Shown here piece after piece: positions 1 to 10,499 of a stretch of DNA of 64,000 nucleotides (positions are counted from its first letter, which is position 1; each line of letters starts with the position of its first letter). A program made the position numbers and the translations under genes. Under the pieces are notes generated by a model. That model was not told the origin of the DNA. It ran no database searches and worked only from the letters and a program-made list of their open reading frames with translations. This DNA is from Basidiobolus meristosporus CBS 931.73 (Eukaryota; Fungi; Basidiobolomycota). Where the stretch lies: NCBI GenBank assembly GCA_002104905.1, contig MCFE01000183.1, positions 1 through 64,000 on the forward strand, written 5' to 3'.

Positions 1-2009
1 TTTGCTCAACTCTGAGCTGGGATGGCCTGCTCCCACTTGAACCACATCTGTTTAGTGATTCAGATCCACAAATATGATCTAGAATGGTCATCTTTGTCTT
101 CTTTAAATAGCAATAACTTTCTTTGGACTGATTACTTCATATGCAGTAGATTCAAAGTCCATTTGCTTCTTGATTTACCCAGTTTGGTATTGGACAACAC
201 CATGGGTTGTTTGGTAGCTATTCTTAGAGTGCTTCTACTGATTTGGATTGATACAGCTGCTTTTGTCTTATCAGAATATACTTGTAGAATAGAGATTGGC
301 GCTTTTCCAGAAGTGAGATTCTCCTTAACAAGGGCTTTGATTATCCTTATTCTCCTGATAGTTATTTTCAACCTTGAGCTCGGTTTCCAAGGCTAACTGA
401 TCTTCTCAGTGTCTTCAGAATCCATAAAAACCATCTGGTTGATCCTTGCACCTTTTTCTTTCAGCTCCATAGACAGCAGACATCAAGACTTCTGCACTAA
501 ATAATCTGTTCCAATATATACTACAATATCTAACAGATCCTGTTGAAGTTTCAAGGCTCTTCTGGGGTTTCTAGCTTGAGAACTTTGTACAAGAGGCTCC
601 ATAGAGCATATCTGCATTTCCAGATAGTCCAAATATGGCCTACATAAGTTTTGGCACCATTTGGGAAGTACCCTAGTTTGCGGTAGTAGTATTTTCCATT
701 TTTTCTTCTTTTCTTTTTCTGCTGATGACCCAGGGATAATTCCTTTTGTGGGGTGGTTCTGGACTTCCTTGCAGGTGGGACCACGGTGTTTTTGAGCACA
801 AGAGTCTCCATGACATCATTGTTCCAGAATATCTGACTATTTGAGAGTGAAATAATCAAAATTGGCATCCACTTAGATTATTCATAACTTTTGATAGAGT
901 TGACCAAATTTCATCAAATAAACTGCATTTGATAGCTAGCTTCATCAATACTTCAGTATCAGACTCCAATATATCAGTATTTTGAGTTGCAGAACTTGGC
1001 GGTGACTTGATCAATCAAAATTCTTCTGATCTGATCCAGAGAAGTTAAATATCACCAAGTGTTTTCTCCCACTGTAATAAGTGATATATATATAACAAGT
1101 ATAATGTACTATGTTATCTTCTGAGTGGCTCTTAGCTGTGTACTGACCAACTGTTGCTTGGTTGTATACTCCAATCAGGCTTGCAATTATATGCTTCACT
1201 CCTTTGGCTGGCGGTAAAATCTTCATGAGTTGATTTTGCTAAATTTGTATAATACTTTCTCCCACTGTTTTGAGACTTAAACAGAGTGATAGCACGTCTA
1301 ACAGCTCCATATTTAGCTCCTGGTACACTGGTTTCAGTATCAAAACACTTGATACAATTATAGCATTCTTCTAATGGATTGTGTAGTACATATCCATACT
1401 CCAGGTGGATATATATGTATTATATATCATTGGGATCCTTACAATTCAGGAAGCTTGTTTCTGAGATCTTTTTCCATCAGTAGATAGTCCAGAATGGCGG
1501 CTAACAGCTCCAGTATTTGCATTCTCAGCTGTATTTTGAGTGGCAACAGATTTTTGGTAAAATCCTCCTCCGGCAATCATTTAATAATGATCTTTTTTTT
1601 TTTTGCAATTCAGGATAATATCCTATCCAAGAGCTTGTCTAACAGTCAATTGGGGTCATATGAATACATATTGCAGTATATTTCATTGTAGATCTGGACC
1701 CTCAATTGCTGGAATTACGCAATTTTCTTCAGTAGTGGTAGAGCACCAACATACTATATTTCTTGACACAATTACATGCCAGTTTGATTGACTCTTCTTC
1801 ATAACTAACTTGGATAGTTACTGAAGGCATCTTTTGAAGGCAAGGCCTTCTTCTCCACAGCAATATCCTCATAAACATAGTCCTTTAGCAGCGGTAGTCT
1901 TCTTTAACCTTAGCAGAGCAATAGTGCGGAAAGTCTTTCTCCAGACTAGCAGAAAAGGATCCAAAGCATAGTAGACACCAAGAGGACAGCAAGCTTGGGG
2001 CTCATAACC
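1..2009 (-). mobile_element. Internal region of a putative non-autonomous LTR element (copia-type LTR and PBS, non-gag cargo), copy 1; runs off the left edge
   Basis: On the minus strand, LTR 2358-2010 is followed by PBS GGTTATGAGCCC and then sequence unlike the gag that follows the same PBS at 10849. Positions ~580-2009 are homologous to 13057-14473. Confidence 0.65.
1998..2009 (-). other. Primer-binding site GGTTATGAGCCC (tRNA-iMet anticodon arm, Ty5/copia half-tRNA type)
   Basis: Directly abuts the LTR end. The same motif occurs at 10481-10492 (-), 10849-10860 (+), 16520 (+) and in degenerate form at 14462-14473 (-). Confidence 0.85.
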
Positions 2010-2358
2010 TGTTGCAATATTCTGAGGAGTATTGGAAGTGATGTGGAGAACTAGAGGATTTACATGTTATTCACTTGTAGATTTATTGATCAAAAGTATG
2101 GTATTTATACTTTTGATAAAGTAGAGGAAACAAACGTGTAGAGTTTGTTAAGGAAGGTCCCAAGAATATGTGTGCAAAGTTTGGGGTCTTTTGGACGACT
2201 TTGAGAAAAATAATAATCTGGGTACCTGACAATTTGGTGAAAATATTCTAAGTAAATCCTGACAAGAAATCTAGTCAGGACAGAATGCTAATTACAGAAT
2301 AAGATCTATGTGACTAAGTTAGCATGAATATTTAGGTGACAATTCAATAATTACAACA
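2010..2358 (-). repeat. Copia-type LTR, subfamily C2 (349 bp)
   Basis: TGTTG...CAACA termini, PBS adjacent, alignable by eye to LTRs 6167-6515 and 14474-15922. Confidence 0.9.
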
Positions 2359-3289
2359 GATAGAACACTTGATGCAGTGGGAGAAGGAACTATCCAAGTA
2401 AACCTTAGAAACAGTGAAGGAAGCCATACACTGACCTTTAAAGAAGTACTTTATGTACCAGAAATAGCCAAGAACCTACTCTCTGTAAGAAAGCCACGGC
2501 TGAAGGACTCAGTTTCAGTTTTGACAATTCTGGATGCAGGATCACTGATCAAAATGGTGCTCATATTGCTTTGGGTATCAGAGATCAGAATCTATACAAG
2601 TTAACTTATATTCCATCATATCTGGAAGCCAACATAGTAACTTATATGAAGAAACACCAATCCTTTGGCACAGGGGATTTGGACACATCAATTTTGATTA
2701 TTTGCGTAAAATGATCAAAGATCAGCTAATTCCTGGAGTAAAAATTGATCCCCCAGCTAGTTTGGAGCACTGTGAAGCCTGCATATATGGAAAACAAGCC
2801 AGACAATTGTTCAAGAGCTCTGGGTTAATCAAAATAAGAAAAAATTAGATCTAATTCACTCAGATCTGTGTGGACCTATGCAAAATTTATCCATAGGCAG
2901 GATGAAGTATTTAATCACTTTTATTGATGACTATACAAGATACACTTAGGTCTACTTCATGGAGAGAAAAAAGAAGCTCTGTCTAAGTTCAGGGAGTTTA
3001 AAGCCAGGGTGGAGGGAGAAACTGGTGAAAAAATCAAGAAAATACGCTCTGACAATGGTGGAGAATATACCTCAAAACTCTTCATCCACTTCTGCAAAAT
3101 TCATGGGATAAAGCAAGAGACTACTGTACCATACTCCCCACAGCAAATAGCTTGGAATTGCAAGATAGATTCTTATTTGGAATCTTTGAGTTTCAAAAGG
3201 AGTAATGCTGACTATAGTATATACTATAAGCCAGATAGAGCAAGTCCAGTTCTATTAGCTCTATATGTAGATGATCTTATTATAGCCGC
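2359..3289 (+). pseudogene. pol: Copia pol remnant: protease, integrase core and RT start
   Basis: ORFs 2377-2604 and 3009-3302 plus intervening frames with stops. Confidence 0.88.
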
Positions 3290-4359
3290 TGTGGTGGTGT
3301 AAAAGTCTGAGGGAGAGATACGTCCAACACTTCTCAAGTGTTTTGTGTGTGGGGTGTTCACTGGGTGCAATAACCTCTGGCAAAAGCTTGCTAGGAATAC
3401 TTGGGTTCTGTCTCTAGTCTAATGTGAAGGGGAATAAAGCCACAAGCTTGTCAAGGGAAAACTATTGAGCTACAATCCCCAACTTAGTTGGTGTCTTAAC
3501 AAAAGTATGTGCTGGGTTCAGTGTCCTTTGAGATGACAATGTACTAAAGCTTCCAAAGTCAAAACAATTGTAAACTCCACCAGCAGGGACTTGATAAGAA
3601 TGCAGCTGTGGTCAATAGTTACAAAGACAGAAAAGTATCTTTGCCTGTACAAGAACAAACTTGGGAAAGAATCAAATATAATAAAAGATACCTACTCTGA
3701 GTATTCCACACAAGTAGTGCCTCCAAGGTCAGTTGGCTGTCAGCACAGTTTCCTGGGAGTGTCCTGTGGCCTAGGGTTGGAAGTTCAGGTAGCAGTAGGT
3801 AGCAGTGATCACACTAATCAACAAGTTGGTATATTGATAAAAGGGATGATGATTTATTGTTGAGGGATAGCCTCCCTTATATACTTTTCTTACTGGCTAA
3901 GTGATTACTAATCATGGTGTTCCAGAAGGTTCTGGACATCAATAGAAATCTTAATGACATCAGAATGACCTAAGAATGTTCTAAGTAGGTGCCGGAAGGT
4001 TCTAAGAGGCACAGCACATCCAACCAATCAGGAATCAGTATTCTGAAACCTGTGTAACATGGGGATACCATATTGGTATGGAAATGGTAGGGATGGTGAC
4101 ACAGGTTGATCATGTGTCATGGGTACTGGCACGGGTACTTGCCCAATATAGAAGCACTTATAGCTAGTAATCTTACATAAAGTGAGGGGTAACTTATGCA
4201 ATAAGGTAAGCAGGTGTGATAGTCAACTGGCTTATGGGATAGTACTGATTGGGTAAGACAAATGGGATAAAACTAAAATAAGTGTAGTAGAGATGTAGGG
4301 AAGTAGAAAATAAGGGAATGAGCACATCTGTCAGTGGGTGTCACTGTCACCCCACTACA
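3290..4359 (-). mobile_element. Solo LTR family A, copy 1 (1070 bp), TSD CCGC
   Basis: TGTGG...CTACA termini; CCGC at 3286-3289 and 4360-4363; splits RT just after YVDDLIIA. Strand inferred from TATATAA (3877-3883) and AATAAA (3853-3858) on the minus strand. Confidence 0.9.
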
Positions 4360-5312
4360 CCGCCAATAACCTAGAAACATTGGAAGAGACTAAATCCAGC
4401 CTATCTAAGGAGTTCAAGATGTCCAATCTAGGAGAGCTTAATTACTACTTAGGGATTAAGTTCTCCATAGACAGAAGTACCCAGACTATCATCCTAAGCC
4501 AATCCAAGTATACTCAAGATGTACTAAAGAAGTACCAAATGGAAGACTGTAAACCAGCAGCTACCCCAATGGAGACAAACCTTAACTTGGTCAAAACTCA
4601 ACCAAAACAAGAGAGCTTGGTGCCATATGAAAGCCTTGACTTTCCTTATATGGCCGGCAGTCTGCTGTATATCATGCTTGGAACACGTCCAGATATCTCA
4701 TATTCAGTGGGAGTTGTCAGCCAACATAATCAGAACTATGGATCTGATTATATTGCAGCAGTTAAGCGGATTTTTAGATACCTAAAAGGAACTGCTGATA
4801 TCTGTTTAAGATACACTTATAAGGATTCAGAACAGGATCTTGTGGGATACTCTGATGCTGATTGGGGACAAAATTTGGAAGACAGAAGATCCACCACAGG
4901 ATACACCTTTCTTTACTGTAAGGGAGCAATTTTATGGAATTCAAGAAAGCAACCAACCATAGCACTTTCCACCACAGAGGCAGAGTATATGGCAGCCTGT
5001 GAAGCTACAAAAGAAGCAATGTGGTTAAGAAAACTTTTTACAGATTTAGGCCTGTGTCAAGAAATGCCTATTACTTTATTTCAAGACAATCAAGGATGTA
5101 TACAATTGGGTAGAAATCCAACTTTTCATGCTAGAACTAAGCACATAGATATTAGACATCATTTCATACGTGAAGCTATAGAGAATAACTTAGTTAGCTT
5201 AGTTTACTGCTCTACAGATGAAATAATTGCAGACATATTTACCAAACCATTAGCTAGTGACAAGTTTGAATATCTTAGGTCAAAGTTAGGACTAGTCAGT
5301 GTGAACATTTAG
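4360..5312 (+). pseudogene. pol: Copia RT C-terminus plus RNase H, open frame
   Basis: LGELNYYLGI, GTRPDISY, GYSDADWG, LSTTEAEY, DNQGCI, RTKHIDIRHHF, ADIFTKPL motifs. Confidence 0.95.
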
Positions 5313-5323
5313 CTGAGTGGGAG

Positions 5324-5672
5324 TGTTGTAAAAATTTGTATTTCCACCTAAGTATTCACCTAACTTAGTCACTTAGATCATTACCTTCAAATCCTAGGGA
5401 ATACTGACCAAATTCCTTGTTGGGATTTACTTAGAATATTTTTACCAAAATACCAGGTACCCAGAACATGAAAATTCTCAAAGTTGTCCAAACAGCACCA
5501 AACTTTGCACACATGTTCTTAGGACCTTCCTTAACCTATTATAAGTGTTTGTAATGCCAAGACCAGGTAAAAGTATAAACACTACTTTTACATTCAATAA
5601 ATCATTAAGTGAAAACCACATAATCTACTTGTCCTCCCAATCACTTCCAATATCTCCAAGACTCTTACAACA
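5324..5672 (+). repeat. Copia 3' LTR, subfamily C1 (349 bp)
   Basis: TGTTG...CAACA termini, preceded by the PPT. Confidence 0.93.
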
Positions 5673-5859
5673 AGATCCGCATCTTCACAATCACTGGATG
5701 TCTGCTACCAAGATTCTCAGAGACTTCTTTATCTGGTAAAACTTCCAACTGGGATAATCAGCTCAGATCTGGAGCTGTTGCAAGCTTCATCTGTATCTGG
5801 CTATATTAAGTATATAGCTTCTTCACTAGTGGTGATTGCATCATCACTTTGTAATAAAG

Positions 5860-6110
5860 AGCTTTTGTCCAAGATATATTTTCTTAGCAGCTGAAGATGA
5901 CTGGTATGTGTCCTGTAATGCCTTCCAGGCATTGTTTGCCATTTTTGCTCTTGATCATTGAGCTAGCAATTTGTCTTTAACTTCAAGGTAAATACAGATC
6001 AGCATACTTTGTACTTTCTTCTGGTACTTTGAGGCTTCCTCTCCTATGTTTTTAGGAGGGCATTCTTGTCCTTTAACAGTACTCGAAGGCCTGATTCTTG
6101 TGGCAGCATC
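5860..6110 (-). pseudogene. gag: Copia gag N-terminal remnant
   Basis: Homologous to gag at 10120-10380 and 10970-11220. Confidence 0.75.
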
Positions 6111-6166
6111 TGTTGTGTTGTATTAAGATTAGTTTGGGGCTTGTTTGCAATGTGGAAGCTAATCAA
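6111..6166 (-). repeat. Diverged terminal fragment of an LTR-B-like element
   Basis: Matches 18734-18790. A further diverged LTR-B-like piece lies at 15923-16172. Confidence 0.7.
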
Positions 6167-9100
6167 TGTTGTAAGAGTCTTGGAGATATTGGAAGTGATT
6201 TGGGATGACAAGTATATCATGTGGTTCTCACTTAATATTTTATTGAATGTAAAGTAGTATTTATACTTTTACATGGTCTTGGCATTACAAACATGTAGAA
6301 TAGGCTAAGAAAGGTCCCAAGAACATGTGTGCAAAGTATGGGGCTGTTTGGGCAACTTTGAGAATTTTCATGTTCTGGGTACCTGATATTTTGGTGAAAG
6401 TATTCTAAGTAAATCTTGACAAGGAATTTGGTCAGTATTCTCTAGAATTTGAAGGTAGTGATCTAAGTGACTAAGTTAGGTGAATACTTAGGTGGAAATA
6501 CAAATTTTTACAACACTCCCACTCTACTAAATGTTCATACTGACTAGTCCTAATTTTGACCTAAGATATTCAAACTTGTCTCTAGCTAATGGTACGGTAA
6601 ATATGTCTGCAATCATTTCATCTGAAGGACAGTAAACTAAGCTAACTAAGTTATTCTCTATAGCTTCACATATGAAATGATGTTTAATATCTATGTGCTT
6701 AACTCTAGCAAGAAAAGTTAGATTTCTACCTAATTGTATACATCCTTCATTATCTTGAAATAAAGTAATAGGTGTTCTTTGATATAGACCTAAATCGGTA
6801 AAAAGCTTTCTTAACCACATTGCTTGTTTTGTGGCTTCACAGGTGGCCATATACTCTGCCTCTGTGGTAGAAAGTACTATGGTTGGTTGCTTTCTTGAAC
6901 TCCATGAAATTGCTCCTTTACAGTAAAGAAAGGTGTATCCTGTGATGGATCTTCTGTCTTCCAAATTTTGTCCCCAATCAGCATTGAAGTATCCCACAAG
7001 ATCCTGTTCTGAATCCTTATAAGTGTATCATGAGCAGATATCAGCAGTTCCTTTTAGGTATCCAAAAATCCACTTAACTGCCGCAATATGATCAGATCCA
7101 TAGTTCTCATTATGTTGGCTGACAACTCCCACTGAATATGAGATATCTGGACATGTTCCAAGCATCATATACATCAGACTGCTGACTATATACTGATAAG
7201 GAAAGCCAGGGCTTTCAGATGGCACCAAGCTCTCTTGATTTGGTTGAGTATTGACCAATGTGAGGTTTGTCTCAATTAGGGTAGCTGCTGGTTTACAGTC
7301 TTCCATTTGGTACTTCTTTAGTACATCTTGAGTATACTTGGATTAGCTTAGGGGGATAGTCTGGGTACTTCTGTCTATGAAGAACCTAATCCCTAAGTAG
7401 TAACTGAGCACTCCTAGATCTGACATCTTGAACTCCTTAGATAGGCTGAATTTAGTCTCTTCCAATGTTGCTAGGCTGTTGTTGGCTATAATAAGATCAT
7501 CCACATATAGAGCTAATAGAGCTGGATTTGCTCTATCTGGCTTATAGTATATACTATAGTCAGCATTACTCCTTTTGAAACTCAGAGATTCCATACAAGA
7601 ATCGATCTTGCAATTCCAGTCTCTTGGTGATTGTTTGAGACCATATAGAGACTGATCAAGCTTGCAGACCAAGTGGAGGTTATATTAGTCAACAAACCCC
7701 GCAGGCTGATTTATATACACATCCTCATGAAGTTCTCCATTCAGGGATGCAGTTTTTACATCCATTTGATGAATAAAAAACTGTTATCTAGCTACAGTAG
7801 CCAATATTAATCTGATGGAATTAAACTTAGCTACTGGTGCAAAGGTCTCAGTATAGTCAAGTCCTTTTGTGTGAGAGTATCCTTTAGCCACAAGTCTTGT
7901 TTTGTATTCTTCAATTGTACCATTAGCCTTATACTTTGTCTTAAAGACCCATCTGCATCCAATTGACTTTTGCTTGATTGGTAATTTGACTAAGTCCCAA
8001 GTTTGATTTTACATCAGAGCCTGATATTCCTCAGCCATTGCAGATCTCCAAAACTTTGTCTGAGGGCTATATAGGGCCTCTTTTACAGTCTGGGGTTCAT
8101 CACTATGGACTGAATAGGCCTAGGCTAAGTTTGCACCCTCATTGATATAGTATTTTGGGCAATCTCTTGTCTGGTTGGATTTCCAGGCATTTGATACTGG
8201 AGTGATCACTTCTGCAATACTCCTGGGCAACTGATTCAGGCTGAACCATGGTTGAAGAATCCTCTGGAGTAAAAAACTTTTATTGTTTTGTTCTGATTAA
8301 ATTCTGACAATTGGTGGACTTGAGATCAAATATCTGTCATCATCTGATGTTGTTTTTTGTGAAAATTTTGAGTTTTCATCAAACAAAACATCCCTAGACT
8401 TGATCAGCTTCTTTGCTTTGGTATTGCAGAGTCTGTATGCCTTACTCTCAATGCAGTTGCCCAAAAATATACATTTGACACTTTTTGGCTCAAATTTTGA
8501 CTGATTTCTGGGCAGTTTCTTGGCATATGCTGCACACCCAAATATCTTTAGATGTTCTGCACTTGGTCTGTATTCACTTCATGCTTGAAGTGGAGTATAA
8601 TCACAAATAATTCTGTTATAACTTGTATTTTATGTATAAAGCTGTGACAACTGATTTGGCCAAAAAATCATAGGATAATTTTTGATCATGGATCATAGAT
8701 CTTGCCATATGAATTATTAATCTGTTTGCATGTTCCGCTACTCCACTTTGCTGTGGGGAGTATGTTACAGTAGTCTCTTGCTTTATCCCATGAATTTTGC
8801 AGAAGTAGATGAAGAGTTTTGAGATATATTCCGCACCATTGGCAGAGCATATTTTCTTGATTCTTTCACTAGTATCTCTCTCCACCATGGCTTTAAGCTC
8901 CCTGAGCTTAGACAGAGCTTCTTCCTTTCTCTCCGTGAAGCAGACCTATCTGTATCATGTATATTCATCAATAAAGGTGATTAGTCACTTCATCCTGCCC
9001 CAGGATAAATTTTTCATAGGTCCACACAGATCTGAGTGTATTATATCTAATTTTTTCTTAGTTTTGATTGACCCAGAGCTCTTGAACAGTTGTCTGCCTT

Positions 9101-10499
9101 GTTTTCCACATATGCAGGCCTCACATTGCTCCAAATTGGCTTGCAAATTAATTTTTTCTCCAGAAATTAGCTGATCTTTGATCATTTTGCGCAAATAATT
9201 GAAGTTGATGTGTTCAAATCCCCTGTGCCAAAGCATTGGTGTTTCTTCATTTAAGTTACTTATCTTGGCATCCTGATATGATGGAATATAGATCAACTTG
9301 TGTAGATTCTGGTCTCTGATACCCAAAGCAATATGGGCACCATTTTGATCAGTGAACCTGCACCCAGAATTGTCAAAGCTGAAATCAAGTCCTTCCTCTA
9401 TGGCCTCGCTTACCAATAGTAGTTTTTGGCTATTTCTGGTACAAAGTGTACTTCTTTAAAAGTCAGTGTATGGCTTCCTTCACTGCTTCTAAGGCTTACT
9501 TGGATAGTTCCTTCTCCCACTGCATCAAGTGTTCTATTGTCTCCCATGAAAACCTTCTTAATGGAATTTCTTGTTATAGGATAAAAAGTTCTTTTTGGTG
9601 TTTAAAGTGTTGAGATGCTCCAGAGTCAATGTACCATGTCTGAGAACCCTTGTTTGTGGTCACATTCAGTGCAGATATGAATAGTCTATCTTCAGTTGTT
9701 GCAGCATTTCTATATTCAGGCTTCTTTTACTGATTATCTCCCTTTTTGAGACAGTAGTGTTATGTGTGTCCTTTCCTTTTGCAGTAGTTGCACAACAGGT
9801 TGCTGTTGCGTTTGTAAGGTCTTGGGTATGTTCTTTGTTGGTTATCACTGCTTATTAAAGCATTTTCTTCTTCCTTCTTATTGGCACTGGATTTCCTTAA
9901 TTCTTCATCCAGGTGCCTTCCATATATGTAATTTAACGTCAAATCTTCAGTTCTGGACTCTAGGGCTGATACAAGGCCCTGTAACTCATTTGTCAGGCTA
10001 TTCAAGATATTTTCTACCACATCCTCATCAACAGTTGGTACACCAACAGATTTCATCGTATCGACCAGCAGGGTAATTCTGTTAGATTTTTCATTTCTTC
10101 TCCTGGCAGCATCTTTGTAGCAAAGAGTTTTTGTCTAGTTAGATTTTCTTAGCAGCTGAAAATAACTGGAAGGTGTCTTCTAATGCTTTCCAGGCATTCT
10201 TTGTCATTTTTGATCTTGAGCATTGAATTAGCAGTTTGTCTTTAACATTAAGGCAAATGCAGTTAAAGGCTCTTTATTATTTCTTCTAGTACTTTAAGGC
10301 TTGCTCTCCCACTCTTTTAGGAAGGCATTCTCTCCCATGACAGTGTCCCAAAGGCCTCTGTCTTGTAGCAGCATCTTCATCTTCACCTTCCACACTAGGT
10401 AGTTAGATCCATCTAATTTTTCAGCAGAGTGAAAAATTCCGTTAATAGCAGTAGTAAGCATTACAGAGAGTGACAGCTTGGGGCTCATAACCTGTTGTA
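6167..10499 (-). mobile_element. gag-pol: Ty1/copia element copy 2: full internal gag-PR-IN-RT-RH, degenerate; 5' LTR reduced to 7 bp by the insertion of copy 3
   Basis: 3' LTR 6167-6515, PPT 6516-6525, RH ORF 6527-6997, RT ORFs 7028-7672, IN 8616-9416, gag zinc knuckle CNYCKRKGHT, gag start 10294-10490, PBS ending 10492. Confidence 0.93.

Larger units (their letters stand above)
2359..5672 (+). mobile_element. Ty1/copia element copy 1: 5'-truncated, with an internal IN-to-RT deletion and a nested solo LTR-A
   Basis: Protease/pre-integrase (EVLYVPEIAKNLLSV) and integrase (RSDNGGEYTS, TVPYSPQQ) fused directly to RT (LALYVDDLIIA) near 3147; RT-RNaseH at 4360-5312; PPT GAGTGGGAG; 3' LTR. Confidence 0.92.

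Noticed and set aside
132-371. ISILQVYS resembling the LINE APE endonuclease motif ISIIQVYAP
   Set aside because: No downstream GDFN or other APE motifs were found in any frame, so the match is too short to call.
22-396. 124-aa hydrophobic plus-strand ORF
   Set aside because: Probably the antisense shadow of the stop-poor minus-strand frame; no motif support.
3591-3863. 90-106 aa ORF (MIRMQLWSIVTKTEKY...) repeated at 30161 and 63558
   Set aside because: It recurs only because it lies in the young LTR-A copies, is antisense to the inferred promoter, spans the AATAAA signal and has no recognisable motif.
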